From Bacillota bacterium (lineage in GTDB: Bacteria; Bacillota; Clostridia; Oscillospirales; Oscillospiraceae), in assembly GCA_021200975.1 (NCBI GenBank), contig JAJQFT010000108.1:186-64185 (forward strand): 64,000 bases of DNA, read 5' to 3'. Below, one piece after another: positions 38,668 to 46,902 of this stretch. The notes under the pieces were generated by a model. The model saw only the letters and a program-made list of their open reading frames with translations, did not search any database and was not told the DNA's origin. The position numbers and the translations under genes were made by a program. The first letter of the stretch is position 1; each line of letters starts with the position of its first letter.

Positions 38668-38758
38668 AGGCGCAGTTTTCTCCTTACAGTTTACAATTTA
38701 TAGATAGGAGGCGGAGCAAGCCCCGCCTCCCAAAGCTTGAAAGATTGTGGAGTTCGGT

Positions 38759-40399
38759 TTAGCCGGCGTTCTCGGCGTAGCGGTCGTAGGCGGCCTGATA
38801 GACCTCCAGCAGGCGATCCATGCCGCAGGTGCGGGAGAGCTTATCGAGGTAGGATTCCCACTCCTCGTCGGTGGGGCCGCCGTCGCGCAGCCAGAGAGCT
38901 TCCTGCTCGGCGACGGAGTCCACGAAGTCGGCCTTGTAGCGGTCAATGATGCTCAGCTCGTCCTCGGTGTAGACGCAGTCGATGGGGTAGGTGGTCAGGG
39001 AGGTGTCGGACTCCTCAACGAACCACATCAGATCCTCCAGACGGGTGATGGCGCGGTCTTCCATGTGGAAGGTGGTGCTGTAGTACTCGCTCAGAATCAG
39101 CTTCGGGCCGTAGACCTCGTACACGCCCTTCAGCTCACCGGCGGACTTATTGTAGGCTGCCTGCGCTTCCTCGTCAGTAATGGAGTTCCACAGGCCGTTC
39201 TCGTCCTGACTGGTGAAATACACGCCAATCGGGCCGTATTGCAGCTGCATGACGGCCTCGCCGTCGTACCACTGGTCGAAGAAGCTCAGCAGCGCGGCCG
39301 GATTGCCGCAGGCGCTGGTGATGTTGAGCTGGCCGGAGGAAACCGCGCCGCCGTCACGGACGGTGACATTGTGGGTTCCGTCGGGGCCGTCGAGGATGGG
39401 GAGGTACACATAGTCGTCGGCGTAGTCGCCCATGATTTCCTCAATGTACCACCAAGTCGCGACGCCCACATAGCCCTGCGAGCATTTGGCGATGAGCTGG
39501 CTGTCGCTCTGGGAGAACATTTCCACGTCCATCAGCCCCTCGGCGTACCAGTCGTGGAAGTAGGTCACCGCCGCGCGGTATTCGTCGGTCGCGCAGGCGA
39601 AGTAAACGGTGCCGTCCTCGCCAAGGGTCAGGTCGTCGCAGATGTCGTTCGGCCAGTTGGTGAAGCCGAAGCCGGCATAGAAGACGTTCTGGCCCCAGCA
39701 CCACTGGTCAAAGCCCGTGCTCATGGGGATGGTCGAGCCGGCGGCGTTGCCGTAGTAGGTGGCGGACATATCGTTGTCCTTGAAAGCGGTGAGCACATCG
39801 TGCAGCTCGTCGAGCGTGGTGGGAACCTCTAAGCCGAGGTAATCCAGCCAAGCCTTGTTAATCATGGCAAACTGGGGGATGGAGTAGATGCTGTAGTCCA
39901 CGTCGGAGCCGACGGCGGCGGTGCCCATCTGCTCAGCGGAGGGAAGGCCGTAGATGCAGCCGTCGTCCATCGTGATGGCGGCGCGGATATCGGGATTGGC
40001 CTCCAGAATCGCGTAGAGGTTGGGCATGATATCCTCGGTGATGTACTCGGTTAGGTCGATGAAGGTGCCGTCGGTGCCGTAGTTCATGATATCGACGTTG
40101 CTGAAGCCAACGCCCATGAAGGCATCGGGAAGCTGGTCGCCGGCAATGCGGATATTGACCTGCTCGGAGAGGGAATCGCTCATGGTATCCCACTCGATCG
40201 TGATGCCCACATTCTCGGCCATCTCGTTGAGCACGGTGTTGCTGTCGTAGCCGGCGGAGAGGGAGGACATTGCGCCCATGATGTAGAAGTCGGTCTGGTC
40301 AGCGGAGCCCTTCTGCGTCCCGCTGCTGCAGGCGGTCGCGCCCAGCACGAACACCATCGCAAGAATCAGGCATAGCCCTTGTTTCCAAAATGTTTTCAT
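38759..40399 (-). CDS. Extracellular solute-binding lipoprotein (LplA-like)
   Basis: Lipobox VLGATACSS. About 545 aa. Lies downstream of the LplB/LplC-type permeases. Confidence 0.88.
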   Translation of the reverse strand: MKTFWKQGLCLILAMVFVLGATACSSGTQKGSADQTDFYIMGAMSSLSAGYDSNTVLNEMAENVGITIEWDTMSDSLSEQVNIRIAGDQLPDAFMGVGFSNVDIMNYGTDGTFIDLTEYITEDIMPNLYAILEANPDIRAAITMDDGCIYGLPSAEQMGTAAVGSDVDYSIYSIPQFAMINKAWLDYLGLEVPTTLDELHDVLTAFKDNDMSATYYGNAAGSTIPMSTGFDQWCWGQNVFYAGFGFTNWPNDICDDLTLGEDGTVYFACATDEYRAAVTYFHDWYAEGLMDVEMFSQSDSQLIAKCSQGYVGVATWWYIEEIMGDYADDYVYLPILDGPDGTHNVTVRDGGAVSSGQLNITSACGNPAALLSFFDQWYDGEAVMQLQYGPIGVYFTSQDENGLWNSITDEEAQAAYNKSAGELKGVYEVYGPKLILSEYYSTTFHMEDRAITRLEDLMWFVEESDTSLTTYPIDCVYTEDELSIIDRYKADFVDSVAEQEALWLRDGGPTDEEWESYLDKLSRTCGMDRLLEVYQAAYDRYAENAG

Positions 40400-40414
40400 A
40401 GTTACGCTCCTTTG

Positions 40415-41314
40415 TTAGCCTTTGACCGCACCGGCCATAAAGCCCTGTTCAAAATATTTTTGTACGAATGGATAGAGAATCAGCATCGGCACCGCCGCAA
40501 CCACCATCGAGCAGAATTTCAGCGACTCGGTGAGCTTGTTCAGCTCGGCGTAGCCGCCGGAGATAGTGGAGGACTGGGAGGCGCTGGCAGAGCTCTTGAT
40601 CAGGATGTTGCGCAGAACCAGTGGCAGGGGAGCCTTGTCCGCCTTCAGATAAATCAGGGCGGTGAACCAGTCGTTCCAGTAGGCGACCATGCTGAACACG
40701 ACCATAACGGCCATGATGGATTTGCTCAGCGGCACCACAATCCGCAGGAACACGGTCATGTGCCCCGCACCGTCGATCTCGGCGGCCTCCATCAGCTCCT
40801 TGGGGATGGAATTCTCGAAGAAGTTGCGCACGATGATGGCGTTCGCAACCGATACGCCGCCGGGCAGGAAGAGCGCCCACATGCTGTTGAGCAGGCCGGT
40901 GTTCTTCACAACGAGGTAGGTCGGCACGAGGCCGCCGCCGAAGTACATGGTGATAATAAAGAAGAGGGAGATCCACTTCCGGCCGGGCAAATCGTGACGG
41001 CTGAGGGGGTAGGCCGTGATATACACCATCACCACGGAGAAAATGGTGCCGATTATGGTGTACTTGATGGAGTTGAGGTAGCCGGTGAAGATGCTGCTGT
41101 CGGCAAACACGGCCACATAGCCCGAGAGCGTGAAGCCGCTCGGCAGCAGGAAGGTCTTGCCGGCGTAGACATCATAGGGATTGGATACGGACGCAACCAG
41201 GATGTAGTACAGCGGATACGCCACGATAAAGAGAATTACGGCGGTAATCGCGACAAGGATGACATCGCTGGCCTTGTCGGACAGGCCGTGGAGAGCGTTT
41301 TTCTTGTGCTTCAT
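40415..41314 (-). CDS. ABC sugar transporter permease (LplC type)
   Basis: EAA loop MEAAEIDGAGHMTVFLRIVVP. ATG at 41314 after GGAAGGAG. Confidence 0.9.
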   Translation of the reverse strand: MKHKKNALHGLSDKASDVILVAITAVILFIVAYPLYYILVASVSNPYDVYAGKTFLLPSGFTLSGYVAVFADSSIFTGYLNSIKYTIIGTIFSVVMVYITAYPLSRHDLPGRKWISLFFIITMYFGGGLVPTYLVVKNTGLLNSMWALFLPGGVSVANAIIVRNFFENSIPKELMEAAEIDGAGHMTVFLRIVVPLSKSIMAVMVVFSMVAYWNDWFTALIYLKADKAPLPLVLRNILIKSSASASQSSTISGGYAELNKLTESLKFCSMVVAAVPMLILYPFVQKYFEQGFMAGAVKG

Positions 41315-41327
41315 AGCTGCTCCTTCC

Positions 41328-42272
41328 TCAGACAAAGCTGACATCGGAGGCCTTCTTGGCAATCCGGTTGACAATTACCAGCAGGATGATGTTCACCACG
41401 GTATTGAAAAGGCCGACGGCTGTGGCCAGGCTGTACTTGGCATTTTCAATACCCTGCTCATAGACATACACGGCGATAATGTCGCTGGTGGACTTATTCA
41501 GCTCGGTTTGCAGCAGGTAGACCTTCTCAAAGCCGACGCTCATCAGGCTGCCTGCGCTCATAATCAGCTGCAGCACGACCATCGGCACGAGCTGCGGAAT
41601 ATCTACATGTATGATGCGCTGGAACATACTTGCGCCGTCAATCTTGGCGGCCTCGTAGAGGCCGGTATCGATGGTGGACAGCACGGCTAGGTAGATAATC
41701 GTGCCCCAGCCTGCATCCTGCCAGATGCCGGAGATGATGTAGATAGGGCGGAAGGCGCTGGCCTGTGTCATGAAGTCGATTTTTGTGCCGAGCAGCAGGT
41801 TCAGCAGGCCGCCGGACGGGCTCATGAAAATGCGGATCATGCCGCACAGCACCATCGTGGAGATGAAGTGCGGCGCGTACAGAACCGTTTGGACAATGCG
41901 CTTGTAGCGGTGGAAGCGGAGCTGGTTAATCATCAGCGCGAGGATGATGGGCACCGGGAAGCTGAACAGCAGGCTGAAGAAGCTCAGCAGCACGGTGTTG
42001 CGGATGAGCCGCTCGACATTGGGCGCGGTGAAGAACCACTCGAACCAGTCCCACCCGACCCACTCGCTGCCGGTGAAGCCGCGGCTGGCCTTATAGTCCC
42101 GGAAGGCAATTTGGATGCCATAGATGGGGATGTACTTGTATATGACGGTTAGAGCGACGGGCACCAGAAGCAGCAGGTACAGCTGCCAGTAGCTCAATAC
42201 CTTTCGCCACATCGGTTTTTTGGCCGGGATCTGGCCCACAACCGACGCGGCTGTTGGCGAAGCTTGACGCAT
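41328..42272 (-). CDS. ABC sugar transporter permease (LplB type)
   Basis: EAA loop YEAAKIDGASMFQRIIHVDIP. AAGGAGG RBS before the ATG at 42272. Confidence 0.9.
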   Translation of the reverse strand: MRQASPTAASVVGQIPAKKPMWRKVLSYWQLYLLLLVPVALTVIYKYIPIYGIQIAFRDYKASRGFTGSEWVGWDWFEWFFTAPNVERLIRNTVLLSFFSLLFSFPVPIILALMINQLRFHRYKRIVQTVLYAPHFISTMVLCGMIRIFMSPSGGLLNLLLGTKIDFMTQASAFRPIYIISGIWQDAGWGTIIYLAVLSTIDTGLYEAAKIDGASMFQRIIHVDIPQLVPMVVLQLIMSAGSLMSVGFEKVYLLQTELNKSTSDIIAVYVYEQGIENAKYSLATAVGLFNTVVNIILLVIVNRIAKKASDVSFV

Positions 42273-42404
42273 GGGTTTTGCCTCCTTAATTCATTGGATG
42301 AACGAAATCTCTTCCGCGCGTGGGAGAGTGTCCGGTTCTCCCGTGCGCATGGGAAGCGAATGCCGCTTCTGTGGAGGGGATTGGGTTCGCTGGGGACGTG
42401 CCGA

Positions 42405-42423
42405 CTGTGAAACGTTATTTCTG
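42405..42423. promoter_or_regulatory. Candidate LacI-family operator (copy 1) just downstream of the leftward permease-operon promoter
   Basis: CTGTGAAACGTTATTTCTG is identical over 19 nt to 46817-46835. The reverse strand carries TTGACA, 17 nt, TAAGGT immediately upstream. Confidence 0.6.
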
Positions 42424-42650
42424 AACGATGTCACCTTACCACATTTTCAGCGGCTTGTCAACAAAAATCCTTTCAAATTCTTTACAAAAATTTAAGTTTT
42501 CGCAAGTTGCACAAATCCAGAAAGGAATTTTTTGTGGTTTTGACGGATGAAAATTTCATGAAATTCAGGGCGTGGCATCTTTACAAATGACCACCTTCTG
42601 TGGTATACTTAATGAAAAGTTTCACACGAGAAAGAGAGGCTTGACCCATT

Positions 42651-43640
42651 ATGCAAGGAAAACCGGCCAATGTGACCATGAAGGATGTCGCAAAGGAGGC
42701 GGGCGTCGCGCTCGGCACGGTATCGAAGGTGCTCAACGGGATCCCTGTGGGCGAGGAATACCGCCTGCGCGTGGAGGCGGCGGTGAAGAAGCTCAATTAC
42801 CGCGTCAACACCTACGCCAAGGGCATGAAAAGCGGCAAAACCAGCACCATCGCGGTGCTGATGCCGAACCTCGTCAACCCCTATTTCTCCCTGCTGGCGC
42901 ACGAGCTGAGCGTGTCGCTGAGCGAGCACGGCCAGAAAATGCTGCTCTACCTTACCGACTACAGCCCCCGGCAGGAGCAGGAGTATGTGACGATGGCGGA
43001 GCAGCAGAAGGTGGACGGCATTATCTGCCTGTCCTACAACCCGAATCTGGCCGTGAGCGCGGGCGTGCCCTTTGTATCCATCGACCGCTATTTCGGCGCG
43101 GGCGTGCCCTGCGTCGCCTGCGATAACTTCGGCGGCGGGCGCATGGCGGCGCAGAAGCTGGCCGACCTCGGCTGCACCAGCGTGGCCTTCCTGCGGGTCG
43201 GCTCCAATCTGACGAATGAGCCGAATAAGCGCAAGGATGGCTTCGCCGCCGGCTGCGCGGAGCGCGGAATTTCCTGCACCATGAAAATTCTGGACGATGC
43301 CACGCCACACGAGGAATTCGAGCGCTTCCTGCGCGGGCACCTGCACGACGGCAGGCTGGATTTCGACGGCATCTTCTGCGTGACCGATATGCTCTGCCAC
43401 CAAATCGTCGGCTACCTGCGCGCGCTTGGCCTGCGCGTGCCGGAGGATGTGCAGGTGATTGGCTTCGACGGCATCCGTGCCTTCGGCACGATGGAATATA
43501 TCTGCTCCACCATCTGCCAGCCCGTGCCGGAAATTGCCCGCACCTGTGTGGACATGGTGCTGGGCGCGGCATGGCCGAATGTGCCCACGCTGGTGTGCCT
43601 GCCGGTCAGCTATGGCTTTGGGGGCACAACGAGGGAGTGA
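42651..43640 (+). CDS. LacI-family transcriptional regulator
   Basis: N-terminal HTH VTMKDVAKEAGVALGTVSKVLNG plus a periplasmic-binding-protein-like sugar-binding core. Confidence 0.92.
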   Translation: MQGKPANVTMKDVAKEAGVALGTVSKVLNGIPVGEEYRLRVEAAVKKLNYRVNTYAKGMKSGKTSTIAVLMPNLVNPYFSLLAHELSVSLSEHGQKMLLYLTDYSPRQEQEYVTMAEQQKVDGIICLSYNPNLAVSAGVPFVSIDRYFGAGVPCVACDNFGGGRMAAQKLADLGCTSVAFLRVGSNLTNEPNKRKDGFAAGCAERGISCTMKILDDATPHEEFERFLRGHLHDGRLDFDGIFCVTDMLCHQIVGYLRALGLRVPEDVQVIGFDGIRAFGTMEYICSTICQPVPEIARTCVDMVLGAAWPNVPTLVCLPVSYGFGGTTRE

Positions 43641-43646
43641 GCGCGT

Positions 43647-44291
43647 ATGAGTAAACAGAACCGGTGGTTCGACCCGGAGCGGAGCCTAAAGCAGAACCTC
43701 CAAAACTGGGTCTACTATAATAAATTATGGATCGTCGTCGGCATCGTGCTGGTGTGGATTGCAGCCAGCTGGATTTGGAACGTCGTAAGCGCCGTGCAGC
43801 CCGATTACCAGCTCGCCTACGTCGGCGAAAGCGCGCTTTCCGATGCGGACTTGGACGCCATCGAGTCGGCCTTTCAGGCCTACGGCGCGGACTGCAACGG
43901 CGATGGGAAAATCGTTGTGGAAATCCACGACTATGCCTCCTCGGCCGATTCTGACGCCGCGGCGGAGGCCGGTATTGCCACGGAGGTTACGCTGATGGCG
44001 GATCTGGAGAGCTGCGACAGCTACTTCTTCCTGCTGCAATACCCCGCCCGCTTCCAAGCGAGCTATCAGGCGCTGGCAATGGCGGATGGGAGCTGCCCGG
44101 CCGACGAGGATTTCTCCGCCGACGGCAAGGTGTATTGCTGGGGCGAGTGCCCGGCGCTGGCGGAATATGGCGGCGATTCGCTCAGCACGCTTTCGCTGGG
44201 GCGACGCTGCTTCTATGGCAGCAAAACCGTGGAGAATCTCGACGCCTGCCAGGCACTCTGGGAGGCGCTCACGCAGGGCGCGCAGCCGTGA
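43647..44291 (+). CDS. Single-pass membrane protein, unknown function
   Basis: One N-terminal TM (LWIVVGIVLVWIAASWIW) followed by a soluble Cys-containing domain. Same operon as lacI. Confidence 0.5.
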   Translation: MSKQNRWFDPERSLKQNLQNWVYYNKLWIVVGIVLVWIAASWIWNVVSAVQPDYQLAYVGESALSDADLDAIESAFQAYGADCNGDGKIVVEIHDYASSADSDAAAEAGIATEVTLMADLESCDSYFFLLQYPARFQASYQALAMADGSCPADEDFSADGKVYCWGECPALAEYGGDSLSTLSLGRRCFYGSKTVENLDACQALWEALTQGAQP

Positions 44292-44308
44292 GAAAGGACG
44301 CTTGGAAG

Positions 44309-44902
44309 ATGAAAAAGAGAATCGCATTGCTTCTGGCGCTGCTGCTGGCGCTCAGCGGGTGCAGCCCCAACCTTGCCTCGCTGGCCGACCGCGAGGATTG
44401 GGACGAAACGTGGGTCGGCGTGGGGCTCTACCTCGGCGTGGAGCCGTTCGGCTATGACTTTGAGCTGATGGACAACAAGGATGTGCTCGCCGCTAACGGG
44501 CTGTACTACACCACATGGGTCGTGGGCGAGCCGGAGGAATACGTCAATAGCGACGGCAACACGGTGGATTTATACGCCTCGCAGCTATACCTGCTGCTGG
44601 AGGTCTGCGCCTCGCCGTCGGATGCGGCGCAGGAGATTGCCGAATGGCAGGCCATTTCTGAGGAAAATTACACCGTTTTGTCGCAGACCGGGCAGACGGT
44701 GGAGGGGCGGACCTTCACGGTGCTGACCTACCTGTGCGGCGAGGAGAACCCCTATAGCAGCGGCGCCGTTGCCTTCGGCAGCCTCGGCGAATGCGCCGTC
44801 AGCGCGGAAATCTCCTGCCGGGAGGATTTTGGGGGCGACGCGGGGGAAATTCTGGCCGCGTTCCTGCGCTGCTGCCACTATTTTGGAGAGGAGGCCGCGT
44901 GA
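44309..44902 (+). CDS. Lipoprotein, unknown function
   Basis: Lipobox LLLALSGCS at MKKRIALLLALLLALSGCSP. Confidence 0.55.
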   Translation: MKKRIALLLALLLALSGCSPNLASLADREDWDETWVGVGLYLGVEPFGYDFELMDNKDVLAANGLYYTTWVVGEPEEYVNSDGNTVDLYASQLYLLLEVCASPSDAAQEIAEWQAISEENYTVLSQTGQTVEGRTFTVLTYLCGEENPYSSGAVAFGSLGECAVSAEISCREDFGGDAGEILAAFLRCCHYFGEEAA

Positions 44903-45660
44903 TGGATCCGGATCTCAATCTGCCTGAGGGCTACCGGGCAATCGGCTTCGACCGCTACCGGGAGCTGTTAAACCGCGACTGGAAAACCTTTTGGATCGTC
45001 GGCTTCCTGACGCTGCTGCTGCTTGCGCCCGCGGCGGCGGGCATCGCGTTGGCGCTGCTTTCGAGCAGCATTCTGGTGCTGATCCCCGCCTGCATCGTGG
45101 GCGGGGCGATTGCCGGGCCGGGACTTGCGGGTATGTACGATGCGGTGTACCGCTCGCTGCGCAACGCGCCCACCGGCTGGTGGTACAACTACCGGCAGGC
45201 GTGGAAGCAGAATTGGCGCGGCGCGATCGTGCCTGGCATGGTGCAGACGCTGCTTACCGGCCTGTGCGCGTTCGCCTGCCTCATCTGGTGGAGCGCGGAA
45301 ACGCTCGACTACAGCGTGCTTGTGCTGATTCTCGTAAGCGCGCTGCTGGTGACGCTGATTTTTCAGATCTATTGGCCGCAGCTCGTCCTGTTCCGGCAGA
45401 GCTTCCGCTTGCGCATGGGCAACATCGTGCTGTTCACCGCGAAATACCTGTGGCGGTGTCTGGGCGTGGCGGCGCTGCAGTTGGGCTGGCTGGGCGCGGC
45501 GGTGGTGCTGCTGCCCTGGTCGGCGTTTGTGGTGCCGATTCTGGGCGTGTGGTATCCTCTGTTTTTGAGCAACTTCCTGCTCTACCGCCAGCTCGACGAG
45601 GCGTTTGAAATCGAAGATCAACTGCTGGAAACCTTCCCTGACCAGGTAGACAGCGTTTAA
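44902..45660 (+). CDS. Polytopic membrane protein (YesL/DUF624-like)
   Basis: About 6 TM segments. The position inside a sugar locus and the pattern (WKTFWIVGFLTLLLL...) are reminiscent of YesL-type proteins. Assigned from memory only. Confidence 0.5.
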   Translation: MDPDLNLPEGYRAIGFDRYRELLNRDWKTFWIVGFLTLLLLAPAAAGIALALLSSSILVLIPACIVGGAIAGPGLAGMYDAVYRSLRNAPTGWWYNYRQAWKQNWRGAIVPGMVQTLLTGLCAFACLIWWSAETLDYSVLVLILVSALLVTLIFQIYWPQLVLFRQSFRLRMGNIVLFTAKYLWRCLGVAALQLGWLGAAVVLLPWSAFVVPILGVWYPLFLSNFLLYRQLDEAFEIEDQLLETFPDQVDSV

Positions 45661-45675
45661 TAAGGAGGATTCTCT

Positions 45676-46617
45676 ATGGGAAAAATCATCGCGGTGGGAG
45701 AAATTCTCATCGACCTTACGCAAATTGGGCAAAATGAGGCCGGCATTCCTCTCTATGCCGCCAATCCCGGCGGCGCGCCGGCGAATCTGGCGGTGGCAGC
45801 CGCCCGTCTGGGCGCGGATGCGGCCTTTGTCGGCAAGGTGGGCGCGGACGCCTACGGCAGCTTCCTGCGCGAAACCCTGCGCGCGCAGGGGGTGGACGTT
45901 TCCGCGCTGCGCACCGAGCCCGACGCGCCGACCACGCTCGCGGTGGTTTCCGTCGATGCCGGCGGCGAGCGCAGCTTCAGCTTTTACCGCCGCGGCAGCG
46001 CCGATACGCTGCTTGCGCCGGAGGAAATCGACGAAACGCTGCTGGACGGCGCGTCCATCCTGCACTTCGGATCCGTCAGCCTCACGGCCGAGCCTGCCCG
46101 CAGCGCGACGCTGAAGGCGGCGCGGCTGGCCAAGGCGGCGGGACTGACCGTGACCTACGACCCCAATTACCGCGCCAACCTCTGGCCGGACGCGCAGACC
46201 GCCATCGAGCGCATGTGCGAGCCACTTCCGCTGGCGGATATTCTCAAGGTTTCCGATGAGGAGCTGCCCCTGCTCACCGGCACGGACGATTTGGCGCAGG
46301 GTACGCAGATGCTTGCGGACATGGGAATCCGCCTCGTGGTGGTTACGCTGGGCGCGGACGGCGCGTTCTACCGCTTCGGCGGCAGCACTGGCATGCTGCC
46401 GGGCGTGCGCTGCACCGTAGCCGATACCAACGGGGCGGGCGATACCTTCTTCGGCGCGCTGCTGAGCCGCCTGAGCGCGCGCGAGCACCCGCTCGACACG
46501 CTTACTGTGCCCGAGCTGGAGGCGGCGGTGCGCTTTGCCAACCGCGCCGCGAGCCTGACGACCTCCCGCCACGGCGCGATCCCAGCGATGCCGAGCCTTG
46601 CGGAGATGGATGCCTGA
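45676..46617 (+). CDS. PfkB-family carbohydrate kinase (fructokinase-like)
   Basis: GGAPANLAVAAARLG N-terminal motif and DTNGAGDTFFGALL C-terminal motif. Confidence 0.88.
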   Translation: MGKIIAVGEILIDLTQIGQNEAGIPLYAANPGGAPANLAVAAARLGADAAFVGKVGADAYGSFLRETLRAQGVDVSALRTEPDAPTTLAVVSVDAGGERSFSFYRRGSADTLLAPEEIDETLLDGASILHFGSVSLTAEPARSATLKAARLAKAAGLTVTYDPNYRANLWPDAQTAIERMCEPLPLADILKVSDEELPLLTGTDDLAQGTQMLADMGIRLVVVTLGADGAFYRFGGSTGMLPGVRCTVADTNGAGDTFFGALLSRLSAREHPLDTLTVPELEAAVRFANRAASLTTSRHGAIPAMPSLAEMDA

Positions 46618-46628
46618 GCGGGCAAAAC

Positions 46629-46643
46629 TGGTGAAACGTTTTC
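46629..46643. promoter_or_regulatory. Third operator-like TGAAACGTT box
   Basis: TGGTGAAACGTTTTC lies 12 nt after the fructokinase stop and shares the GTGAAACGTT core with the two 19-nt sites. Confidence 0.35.
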
Positions 46644-46653
46644 TTTAAAATTC

Positions 46654-46686
46654 GCGCCCCGCAGCCCGGCTGGGATTGCGGGGCGC
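46654..46686 (+). terminator. Stem-loop terminator after fructokinase
   Basis: GCGCCCCGCA-13 nt-TGCGGGGCGC. The downstream T-tract is weak (GGTTTTCG). Confidence 0.5.
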
Positions 46687-46772
46687 ACGCATTGGTTTTC
46701 GCCGTTTTATACAAGTTTTTGGGTTTTACTTTGTGCAAAAAGTGGAAAATTTGCTTTTGCACGAAATCGCCC

Positions 46773-46835
46773 TTGACAATCCGTTTTCCGGAAATTATAC
46801 TTGTTTCTGTCTAAAAGCTGTGAAACGTTATTTCT
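46773..46835 (+). promoter_or_regulatory. sigma-A-type promoter plus LacI-family operator (copy 2) of the surface fructan-degradation operon
   Basis: TTGACA (46773-46778), 17 nt, TATACT (46796-46801), then CTGTGAAACGTTATTTCTG at 46817-46835. Confidence 0.6.
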
Positions 46836-46902
46836 GCACGCTGCCCGCGATTTCCCCCGTCCAAAGGAAATTTCCGGGCAATCCACTTTTAGAAAGAAGG
46901 AC

